Origin: Takakia lepidozioides
Lineage: Eukaryota > Plantae > Bryophyta
DNA: 64,000 nt
Assembly (NCBI GenBank): GCA_030704615.1
Contig: CM060731.1
Location: 77,748,001-77,812,000, forward strand
Reading direction: 5' to 3'
A model generated the notes under the pieces. The model was not told the DNA's origin, made no database searches, and saw nothing but the letters and a program-made list of their open reading frames with translations. The position numbers and the translations under genes are program-made. Below are positions 24,863 to 35,366 of the stretch, piece after piece; within the stretch, counting starts at the first letter, position 1; the number at the start of each line of letters is the position of its first letter.

Positions 24863-27210
24863 CACGAGAAGAAAAACACGGAATAACCACTCTGGCAACC
24901 ACTCATTTTGAGTGGGAAAAGACACCCAACCACTCTGGCCCTAGAGTGGACCAGTGGATCTTGACTCAGCAGTGGTTAAAGACATGACGTGTCCAAAGTG
25001 GTTAAAGACAGTGGTTACGATCACTTGCCTCCGAGTCCAGCTGTTCACTTACGTGTCACAGTGGTAAACTAACCACTTATGATGTGTCATAGTGGTAAGC
25101 CAAATCACGTCTGACATGTCACAGTGGTAAACCAACCACTTCACAACATACCACTTCCACCGTATGTGACATGGATGCAGCCAATCTGTCGATCATACTT
25201 AGCAATTGACAGACACGTGTCCGTATTCACACAGACACGTGGCCGAATCTAGTTAGACGATTATGGGCTCCATTATCTAGACACGTGGCCATATTACAAA
25301 TGTGGTTCTAATAGTATTGATGTAGTGGTTTGGTTGTATGCTAAAACCACTTACTGAGTGGTTCTACCAGTATCAATGTAGTGGTTAGGTTGTGTGCTAA
25401 AACCACTGACGAAGTGGTTCTACCAGTATTGATGTAGTGATTAGGTTGTGTGCTAAAACCATTGACTGGGTCATCCACTGTGTCCCACCAAGTAGAAACC
25501 ATGTATTTGAATTATTACTACCAGAGTGGTATGTAAGTGATTGGGGCTACACCTGGAGGAGTACAACCACTCTTGCATATTGTCATAGTCTTACATATAC
25601 CACTAACAGAGTGGTGTGTAAGTGATTCATACATTCCCATACAATTCGCCTACAATTCCCATACCTTCCAAATGAATCTGCAAATCCAAATACTCTTGAA
25701 GATTCACCATTCAAAAAACAGAATAGAATCCAAGACAATAAGCGTTGGAACAGAGTCAACAAAATCCAACCATGATAAAGGGTGACATCGTACATCTACA
25801 CTACGTCTCCGCAGGCATGCTACAAGCCATGAACTACTTTCTTGCATTTTGGTCAGACCATCTACCCATGCAGGTTTCTTGTAGCTATTGATCCACAGGG
25901 AATCATAGGTAACCTGCTTGAAATCTGGTCCTCTTGGATGAATCTAGACCCACACTCTATCTCTGCTCCTTCAGCTATCCATGCCTCTGCACAAATCATG
26001 CATTCATCTTTGGCTTGCTGCTAGCAGCTGACAATGACAGCCTAGAGTTGTTCCAGCAACACCCCAACCCTACTTATCACACTAGTTCCTATGCTCAATT
26101 GCATCTGCTACTCTCTATAATCCAACAGGCATTCACCTTCATGCCTCGATTGTCCCACCATTGGCTGGGGTCAAAAAAGTATTCATTCCACAACTTCTCC
26201 TCATCTCTGTTACCTGTTTCTGGATATTACTTTCATGTTGTCACATTGATAGTATCATGTCAGTCACTCCAAACTATCAAAGGTTCACTCAACCAGCTAA
26301 CTATCAGAATTCAACATGGCCGATTCTGATAAGGAGAAAAACATGATGGAATGTGTTGAAGAATGTGCTTTCATTAGCAGTGCCCGATTTTAACAATGTG
26401 CCGCTGTTGTTGCAACTTCCAAGCAGATCTGCTAGGGGCCAGACCACAACCTCTTAGAACCATTATGGTTCTAGAAGCTATCATATCTTCGTCACCCTAT
26501 TTGTAACAAATCCACCAAGCCATAGCCCACCTAAACTAGAGAAAATGGCATGAAGATAGGCCCATTTGAGTACCTGTACATTTGGAAACTTGAATGACAA
26601 ATGCAGATCTATTGTGGGCCAGACCAGAACCCCTTGTAATAGAACCACTTGAGTACCTACACATCCGGAAACTTAAAAAACAAGTGCAGATCTGTTGGGG
26701 GCCAGACCACAATCCCTTAAGAAAACTCCAAAGCTCTGGAGGCCACCATATATTTATCACACTAGTTGTTACAAATGTGCCAAGCCATAGCACACCACAA
26801 ATGGAGGAATTGGCAAGAAGATAGGCCCATTAAAGTAGCTGAACGTCCGGAAACTTGAACAACAAGTGCAGATCTGTTGGGGGCCAGACCACAACCCCTT
26901 AAAACAATTCAGAGCTCAAGAGGCCACCATAACTTGATCACACTAGTTGTTAGAAATATTTCAAGCCATAGCACACCACAATTGGAGCAATTGGCAAGAA
27001 GAGAGGCCCATTTGAGTACCTGAACATCCGAAAACTTGAACAACAAGTGCAGATCTATTGGGGGCCAGACCACAACCCCTTAAATCTTTGGAGGCCATAA
27101 TATGTTGATCAAACTAGTTGTGAGAAATTCTCCAAGCCATAGCACACCACAATTGGAGCAATTGGCAAGGAGATAGACCCATCTGAATAGTTGAAAGTCC
27201 GGAAACTTGA
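24863..27210. mobile_element. CACTA/En-Spm element terminus and subterminal region (same family as the element at 35367)
   Basis: CACGAGAAGAAAAA.C.GAATAACCACTCTG homologous to CACTAGAAGAAAAA at 35367. Many AACCACT/AGTGGT subterminal motifs. ~57-bp tandem x3 at ~25316-25465. Internal ccagcaacaccccaaccctac also at ~37113. Right extent uncertain. Confidence 0.75.
26423..27210. repeat. ~180-184 bp tandem repeat, about 4 units plus one short unit
   Basis: gcagatct.ttg.ggccagacca recurs at ~26423, 26603, 26685, 26869 and 27049. Confidence 0.85.
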
Positions 27211-27985
27211 TGTCGTGCGCATACGTATCACTACACAACTACATCGCTGTCCAAACCACACCACATATATATGCACAATAAAGTAGTCTGCCACAATGAT
27301 ATTTAAACTAAACTCACACTGTCTCTGTTGACACAAAACACGAAATACAATACGATCACTCGTTAAAATAAGAGTCAAGCCAGGGGCACCCCAAGCTATG
27401 GGACTCCACCCCACAACATCCTACTCTCCCTCCATAAGTACACTCAGATGTTAAGCAGCAAGGGAGTTCGGTCGTGCAGGCTCAACTCGAGAGAGATGAG
27501 CCGCACGACTGACGAGCTCGTGAAGATAAGATGGTTCAGGTGTCAAACTAAACTTGATACCTGACTTAACACTTGAACTAATTCCAAGTGTTAAATACAA
27601 ATAACTAGATTTATTCTAGTTAGTTTCACACTGTGTTTATTTAACTTGACAGCTGTCGTGCGCAAACATATCGCTACACAACTACATCGTTGTCCAAACC
27701 ACACCACACATATATGCACAATAAAGTAGTCTGCCACAATCGCCCCCCCTAGCTGGTGGTTAAGTCCCTCTAACTCCAGATAGCTACAAGATGTAATAGC
27801 CACAGCCGTACTAAGTCCTTTATCACTGCCCCTATTGTACTCAAACTCTATAGACCAAGAGGCCGGGTACAAGAGTAGCCCCATCGTTAGTCTCCGTCTT
27901 GCAATATGTGAACTTGAGCCAGGATCTCGTGTACTAGTCTCCTAGTAGCGTGGCCTTGCATTTATTATGGTTGTATCCACTCCCA

Positions 27986-28140
27986 CTATCCAATGCAATG
28001 CGGACATAACCAATCCCCCTCAGGAACCATCTCAAGAGGTAGAGTCAAGCATCCCATATGCCAACCTCTAGAGCATCGATCACACACCAACATGGTGGCT
28101 GCCCCTCTAGCAGACCCACACAACATGCACCTCAAACTTG
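27986..28140 (-). other. PHD finger at the C-terminus of the integrase frame
   Basis: CMLCGSARGAATMLVCDRCSRGWHMGCLTLPLEMVPEGDWLCPHC (C4HC3). Confidence 0.92.
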
Positions 28141-28297
28141 CAGTACCCACTGCCAGGTTTGGGTCAATCCTGCCATCGACATTCGGAAGGTGACATAGGG
28201 CGCAATTACGCACATGGTCCTTCCAAGTCATGCCATCCCAACCCTCCAAGATCAGGACGTCTGAGGACAATACCTCTCGAACCCTCAAAATAACACG

Positions 28298-29152
28298 TCA
28301 AGTCACATCCAGGGTCGTTGGAGCAGTCTGCTGCAGATAAACATAGTCACCAAGGTGAAATCTCCGAACCCCAGGACGATAACCCCCACCACGTATGGTA
28401 GCATACCTCAACGTATCACGATGTTGTGCAGTGGCAAGATTCTCGAAAGCCATGGGCATGACTTTCTTGAACAACTCCGCGCGTTGACCACATGCACGAG
28501 CCCACACGTCCGGATCGTCAAGATTGAGGACTACTGCAGCCTCCCTGTGAATAGATGCAGGCAAATCTGGATCTCGGCCAAAGAGAAGGAAATAAGGCGA
28601 GAACGAGGCAAGTGATGCTTGCTTGCTGAACCTGTAGCCCATGGCTAACCAGGGTAGCTGAAGGTCCCAATCTCCAAGGTGTCCTTTCTGCAAGCCATAC
28701 TTGCGCAAACCCCTCTTAACCGTTTGCACAACCCTCTCTGACAAGCCATTGGTCTCAGGATGATTCCGAGAAGTGGTGCGGTGGTCTATCAAGGCCTTGT
28801 CACACAATGCCTGAAACTCCCCCAAGAACTCTCTCCCTTGATCCGTGAGTACCTCAGCTGGAGCACCGAATCGGCTAAGTACACGATCCAAGAATGCATA
28901 CGCAGCTCCCTCACCAGCCTTATCAGGCAATGGAACCAACTCGATCCACTTGGAGAAGTGCTCCACCATCACCAACACGTACTTGTTGTGGCGCATGGTC
29001 AGTGGCAACAGCCCTGCGAAGTCAAGACTCCACATGTAGCCCAATCCCATGATCGGAAGAGGGTGCAATTGTGGTGTAGGGGTGTTGAATGAAGCACGCA
29101 CCCTGTCACACACCATGCACCTAGCCACAAATTGTTGCCCCTCTGTGTGCAT
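28298..29152 (-). pseudogene. Integrase core of the DNMT-Ty3 element
   Basis: DDE motifs SLDFAG, TDQGREF, ERVV; LATAQHRD. Confidence 0.92.
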
Positions 29153-29599
29153 ACCACGCCACCAATACTACCCCTGCAATAGACTATGAGTGCGTCGCAC
29201 CCCAAAATGCCCCAACTCCTCATGGGCATGCGCACTAACCGTGCCCGCTGTGTTGGGTGAGGCACAATCCTCACTCGACCATCCTCCCACACTCGAAGCA
29301 GATGTGTCCCCTCCCACTTGAACCTCTTGGCTCGTTGTAGGATCCGATCCCTCTCCTTGGCAGTCACAGTGGCTATCGTGTCTCCAGTGCAGAGATAGTC
29401 CAACACAGCTGAATCCTCATGTATATCTTTGGCGCAACCTTGCTCATTGCTAGCCTCACGGTCCTCAGACACTCGGTCTACAGTCATCCCTGTTGTAGGT
29501 CCAACCTAGCCTTCCGCTGCCAAGATACACAGAAATGCAGATGCATGTCATCCGGGCATCATCTCCTCATCCGTCCCATCATGCCACCGAGCTCCAGTG

Positions 29600-30938
29600 T
29601 CATCCTGTTGGCTCGTGCATGGATTGCGACTCAACCCATCTGCATCCCGATTGACCAAACCCGGTCAATACACAACCTGAAAGTCATACTCTTGAAGTAT
29701 GAGTGCCCACCAAGCAAGCTTCCCCGTAAGCTTGTCTGACTCCATCAACCACTTGAGTGGCTGGTGATCCGTGACAAGGGTGAAGAGATTGTCGTATAGA
29801 TAGCACCTGAAGTGTATCACGGCCCACACTCCAGCTAGCACTCTCCCTCATATGAGCTATACTTAGTCTCTGTAGCGTTGTTCGAGCGGGTAGCATAAGC
29901 CACTACAAACTCTCTTCCATCATCATCCACCTGTGTGAGCACCGCTCCAAACCCCAGCATGCTCCAATCTGTATGCAGCAGAAAAGGACGCCCCCTGATA
30001 GGTTGTCTCAAGATGGGCGCCGAGGTCAACCTCGCCTTGAGCTCTTGAAAAGCTCGTTCTTGCTCATCTTCCCACTGCCACTCTTGGTCCACCTTGGTCA
30101 GCTTGGTTAGAGCCTTTGCAATGGCACTAAATCCCTTGACAAACCGTCTATGATAGTTTGCCAACCCCATGAAAGCTCGAACTCGGCTCACATCCGTGGG
30201 GCGTGGAATCTGTGCAATGGCCTCTACCTTAGTCTGCTGTACCCCCAATCCTCCAGGATATATCATGTGACCCAGATACTCAATCTGGTTGTGGAAAAAC
30301 TTGCACTTCCCCGGATGTAACTTCAATCCGTGCGCCCTCAAGCGCTCAAATACCACCTGAAGGTGTCTCACATGCTCCTCCACCGTAGCACTAAAGATGA
30401 TGATGTCATCTATGTAGCACCGAGCAAACTCCACCCCTGCTAGAATCATGTCCATGACTCTCTGAAACTCTGCAGGAGCGTTCTTAAGCCCAAATGGTAA
30501 GAACCGCCACTGGTATAGGCAATCCTTCCCGTGCTCATTGATCCCCCAGAATGTCGTCTTCTGCTTATCCACCTCCTTGATCGGCAACTGCTGATATCCG
30601 GATCGTAAATCCAAAGTGCTAAAGACCTTGGCATGCCCAATGGCATCAAAGATCTCCTCTGGTGTTGGCATGGCATACCTATCGGACTTGGTCTGACGAT
30701 TTACAGGCCGGTAATCACCGCACATACGTCTCTCCATCCAATTGCCATAGATATCCTTCTTGGCTGACATCACTGTGGCTGAAGCATACTTTCCACTAGA
30801 TAGCTCCACCAAACCAACCTCCCAGAGGTCCTGAGTCCTCATCTGAATCAAGGACCTCTCCATGTCACTGTATCTATAGGGTCTCCAAAAGATTGGCGTG
30901 TCAGTGGCCAATTCAATGCGAATCTCTTGACCCTTCAC
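29600..30938 (-). pseudogene. Reverse transcriptase and RNase H of the DNMT-Ty3 element
   Basis: YIDD catalytic motif, KLHPGKC, YLGH, FMGLANY, TDW, EGEC; stop at 29835. Confidence 0.93.
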
Positions 30939-31430
30939 TGCTCACAAGTCCTTCAAACTGAAGGCAAAGCAATTCCTGTAAGCCCTCAAGAACCGCCGTA
31001 TATGTCGTCTCTCTCCTCCGGTGACTATGGGTCCAACATCAGGCTCCCAGTTGTCCTCCGTGATTGCAACCTTGAGTCCAGCAGGCTTAGAGGTAGAAGA
31101 CGCGTCCCGTGGTTGCTATGCTGCAACCTCTTGAGCAGTAATCACTGCCTGCTCTGTCAGTGATAATGCCTCATCCTGCCCCATCATCTCATCCTTGAGG
31201 ACCTCCTCAACTCGAGAAAAATCCCCAACCTCATCCATCACCGCCGCCTTGGCTGCCAACTCCCTGTGAACCTCGAGCACCTCCCACATGTGCCATGGAT
31301 GCGGCCTGCACCTCGTGGTCCTCACCTGTTCGCCCCCACTCGCTGCCTGTACCGTCTCGGTGGGTAAAGAGACTCTCAAGGGAAGTGTACTATGTACTCT
31401 GTGCTGCTCAGCCATAGCCAAGCTGATAAT

Positions 31431-32375
31431 CTAGGTCAAGCAATTGAGATCCATTGCTTGCCCCAACACCCGATGACGTGATGCCTCAGAAAGAGATGGC
31501 ACCGCTGTGGTACCAGTGGTAAAACCCATCGCCCGCTCGCACTCGTCAGCGTTGGGCTCCACTAATTGCTGCAACTGGCTATCCCACAAGAGGCCAGGTC
31601 CACCATCCCGGAAAGCATGAGATCCTGGAAAACTGAGCAGTGTAGGCAATGTTGCTCGTGGGTGACCCACCTTCTTGACCACTGCCAAAGGTGATCGGTC
31701 ATCGTGTCTCACACGCTGAGACTGCCTCCCTATGTCCAAAATGTTATCCACCATCAGTTTTGGTGGCCGCTGCACCCCATCAAATGCACGCTTGAGCAGT
31801 GCAGGTGGCATCAAGTTCGTCCACCATAGTCGTGGGCGATGAGCCCGAGACCCCACTGCAGCTGCATCCAGCAACACTGCTAACCCAAGCCAAGACCGCA
31901 TTTGATGCACACTGGCCATCACCTTGGCCCGAGAATCACCCATCAATGGCACATTCTCCAAGATATATGCCGGAGAGTCTGTCTGCTGAAGCTGTAAATA
32001 GCACAGGACCCTCAACATCTCCCAAAACAGGCGTGACCTTGAGTCTTGTAACCCATTGCCATGCCCGGCTGATGAATGCCCTTGGCAGGGCCAACCTACC
32101 ACTACCAAGTGAATAGGGCCAACCCGCTCCAAATCATGCGCCCCCAGCAAAGAAATGTCTGCTGGCAAGGTTTGTTGGTATCCACGAACTGCAGACACTG
32201 GCAACAAATTAGGGTACTGCTGCACCAACTGAGTAACATGGCGCAGTGAGATGCGTCGTGCAGTCTCATCCCTCTCCACATACAAGTAACAAACAAACTC
32301 GTACACATGCCTGTAGCACTGCAGCCAATCCAGTGCTGATCCTGCCAAACAAGTCCAGAAGACATATGCCTTCAT
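31431..32375 (-). pseudogene. DNMT3-like DNA (cytosine-5) methyltransferase domain inside the retrotransposon polyprotein
   Basis: Motif I LLDLFGRISTG (one frameshift follows), II YVERD, III DI, IV GWPCQGHS, V GLQDSRSRLFWE, VI ILENV, VIII HRPRLWWTN, IX ERAMGF, X LGQAMD; linear motif order. Confidence 0.92.
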
Positions 32376-32767
32376 CCGGGCACTGCCACACAAGAGGTGT
32401 GGTGTCCAATGGCGACAACTGAGATGATCCTAGTGCAATCACCGCACTCTCCTCCTCTCTTGACGGTACAAAGGCCTCTACCCAGGCTTGTTGCACCCGT
32501 CTATCAGCAGCCTGCTGCAAATCCTTACTCGTACCCCACAATGGAGTGTGAAGCAACCATGGCAGGCAACTCCGCCGTACCATGCATGTCATCCTGCTCT
32601 GCTAGAGGTGGCACATCCTCTACATGGGCATTGCCCTCCAGCAACTCTCCAGGCCAACTAACTACAGCTGTGAAGGCTGCTAGTGTTGGCATCTTGCCCC
32701 GCTGGGCAGCGGCAAAACCCCCAATGAATGTCACAGGGAGCTGTACACGACGACCATCCCCTGACTG

Positions 32768-33454
32768 TCATCCAGGCCTGTAGGATGCTGACTCCTCCCA
32801 AAAATCCAGGGTGAAGCCCATGGGATACAACACTGCCCCACCAACGAGGACATCATAAGAGACCGCGTCTGTCACAATGGCCTTGGCTTGCATCACTGAG
32901 CCATCTATAGGATGATCCGGCCGTAGTCTAATGGCCAACTCACGCCGTGTCATGCCCCGAGCCTGCTCTGACCCTCCCAGAGATGTCTGTATCTGGAAAG
33001 GACAAGGCTCTATATCCGCCTTCATGAGGCCCAAACCTGCAATAGCAGCTCTGCCCAACATCAGTGGCTGAGCTCCCGAGTCCAACAAGACCCGCAGTGG
33101 CCGGTACCTCTTGCCTGCCGGTCCACTCAAAGAGAAAATGTCATCCTGGTTGTCTAACAAGACAACTCCAGGTGCCACCATGGCGCGCTCAAAGGCTGGC
33201 CTAGCTGGCAACTCCGTCAACTTGGCAACTGCAGTATGCCATGGCGCAGCCGTGGCAGTCTTGACCCTCAAATCCGAGGATCCCTCTGCCACTACACCTT
33301 CCACTAACTCCGCCGAAGATGAAATTACCTCCCCACTCTCACAGAGTGTTGCTGCTAGTCTGAACACTGCAGCTGGTCTTACCCCCGGCGTCGCAATCAT
33401 GGTTGCCGAGAACAGTGGGGCCTGACACACAGAGGTGGCCACCCCCAACAACAC
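32768..33454 (-). pseudogene. Retroviral-type aspartic protease region of the DNMT-Ty3 element
   Basis: RVLLDSGAQPLML and YDVLVGGAVL. Confidence 0.8.
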
Positions 33455-33469
33455 ACTGGCTACACTAGC

Positions 33470-34150
33470 CTTGGAGCAGAGAAACTGTGGGATGACAGAC
33501 CTGACTTACATGCCGCCTGCTATGTCAAAACAGAGAACCAGACAGATTTTGACCTGCAGAAGTGCACACAGGCCCATGTTGACATCACGAGAGCTGGAAT
33601 TGAGCCAGATATCAGTCTGAACACTGCCTTAGTCGACATGTATGCACACAGCATAAAGGATGCACGCCAAGAGTTCGACAATATGCGTCAACGAAATGTG
33701 GCCTCATCGAATGCAATGATCACAGGATATGCCCACTATGGGTATGGCCGTAAGGCTTTGGAGGTCTCTGAGCAATTGATAAAGAAAGAAGTAATCCCTG
33801 ACATGGTCAGATTTGGCTGTGTTCTCAATGCTTGTGCCAGCTTGGCAGATCTGGAGAAGGGCAAAAAGGCCCATACCAATATAAATAATGCTGGAAGTGT
33901 GCCAGGTTATGCCCAGCAAGGCTGTGGTGATAAGGAGGCTTTGGCGACCTTTAAGCAAATGATACAGGAAAATGTGCCATCAAACCATGTTAAATTCATT
34001 TGCATCTTTGGTGCCTGTTCCAGCCTGGCAGTGCTGGAGAAGGGCAAAGAGGTCCATGCTGATTTCACGAAGTCTAAAATTGTAGTGGAGGGCTCATGGA
34101 TCAAGGAGGCTGGGCAGATCCAGATGTACCAGCCAGTGTTCACAAGCAGC
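33470..34150 (+). pseudogene. PLS-class pentatricopeptide repeat fragment
   Basis: TALVDMYA..IKDARQEFDNMRQRNVASSNAMITGYA..ALE, PDMVRFGCVLNACASLADLEKGK, GYAQQG..EALATFKQM, GACSSLAVLEKGKEVH; internal deletions. Confidence 0.85.
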
Positions 34151-35366
34151 TCCAGTGCAAGCACGACAATATCAGAAAGGCAGGTGCGGTGTTGGATAGG
34201 TATGAACCTAACCTAGTTTGGCCCAGAATCCATGCCTGGAAGGTGTCCCGTTACCGGCCTGCTCTACTTAGACGTGATGATTACAACATCTTAAGCAAAG
34301 ATCTTTCAGCTGAATCACTCCTGCCCCCACAACGGCTCAGTGTGTCTACTCGCTCAAGTACACGCCCCCCTCACAAGCATCCCGAACATTTCAATGCGAG
34401 GGCGATTCCGAATTCCACACCTGCTGGCTTCTTTGTTGCTAGGCTATCCGTGTACTTAGCAGATGATCCGTGTAAGCCCGTGGAGGGAAACAATTACTTG
34501 ATGGGTTCTTGTTTAGTTGAAACGCAATGTGCCTTGACCTACGGAGAGCAACAGCCCCAATCAGCCCTGTCATATTCCTCCGGGCAGCAATCAGCCGTGC
34601 AGCCATTACCAGGGCAGCAGTTACAAGGTGAGTAGCAAGGGCACAACCTGCAGCAGCCACAAAGGCTTCAATTCCAGCGGTCGTTACGAGTACAAGAGAA
34701 ACCGCACCTAATTGCCCGCCGTCCAAGTGAACCATCTGATCATGACAAAACAATCAAGTCAGCAACAATCAGCTCTGGTTGGATCAGCCTTGCTCAGATT
34801 CTCCACAGTGGTGGTTTCATAGTGGTCAAGCAAAATCCGTAGATGTCAATTGGACGCTACTCTAGAGCAATGCAGATTCCCTAGCTGATGGACTTGACTG
34901 TCCCCTGTGCTCAAGTATGCACCGCCCAAGCCAGCATCCAGAAAACTTCAACACGGGCGATCACTCACTCAATACACCAACTAGGTCTGATGTTCCAGAC
35001 AGACTCGGGTATTTTGCTGCAGCTCTTGGTGGTGAATACCCCACCCCTGCATTTCGAATTCTTGTTATGAATGGGCACACTCCTGATGTAGATGGCCCTT
35101 GGAGCATAGGCAGCTCTGCATGGGGGCATGTCTTGCAGGTGTAACAATCAGGGATACATGTGGTGATTGTGGCATCAAAACCAGCCCCCACTCTCGAGAG
35201 GATCTCTCTCTCATGCTGCGTAGGAATGTGGAAGACATCACCTCCAGTATCATGCCTTCACACCATTCCATTCCCCCTAATCTTGCAAAGAACAGCGATC
35301 TGAGTGGCGATTGTGATCTCAAAATTTGCCCCCACATTCGAGCTGATTTCTCTCTCAAGCAGCGCC

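Larger units (their letters stand above)
27211..33455 (-). mobile_element. Ty3/Gypsy LTR retrotransposon encoding PR - DNMT3-like C5-MTase - RT - RNase H - IN - PHD; 5' part (gag, 5' LTR) missing
   Basis: PR VLLDSGAQ. MTase motifs. RT RMCGDYRPVN, LDLRSGY, LPFGLKNAP, CYIDDII. RH LHTDWS..VAYATRS..YSSYEGEC. IN CMVC, WSLDFAG, LTDQGREF, HPETNGLSER. PPT AGGGGGGGCG at ~27741-27750, next to a 3' terminal repeat region 27738-27211. Confidence 0.93.

Noticed and set aside
25316-27210. Regularly spaced repeats as a CRISPR-like array
   Set aside because: Whole units repeat without unique spacers, the context is eukaryotic, and there are no cas genes.
31431-32400. Reading the methyltransferase as a host DRM/DNMT3 gene or bacterial contamination
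   Set aside because: It is intronless, collinear between PR and RT on the same strand, decayed like the rest of the element, and not permuted like DRM.
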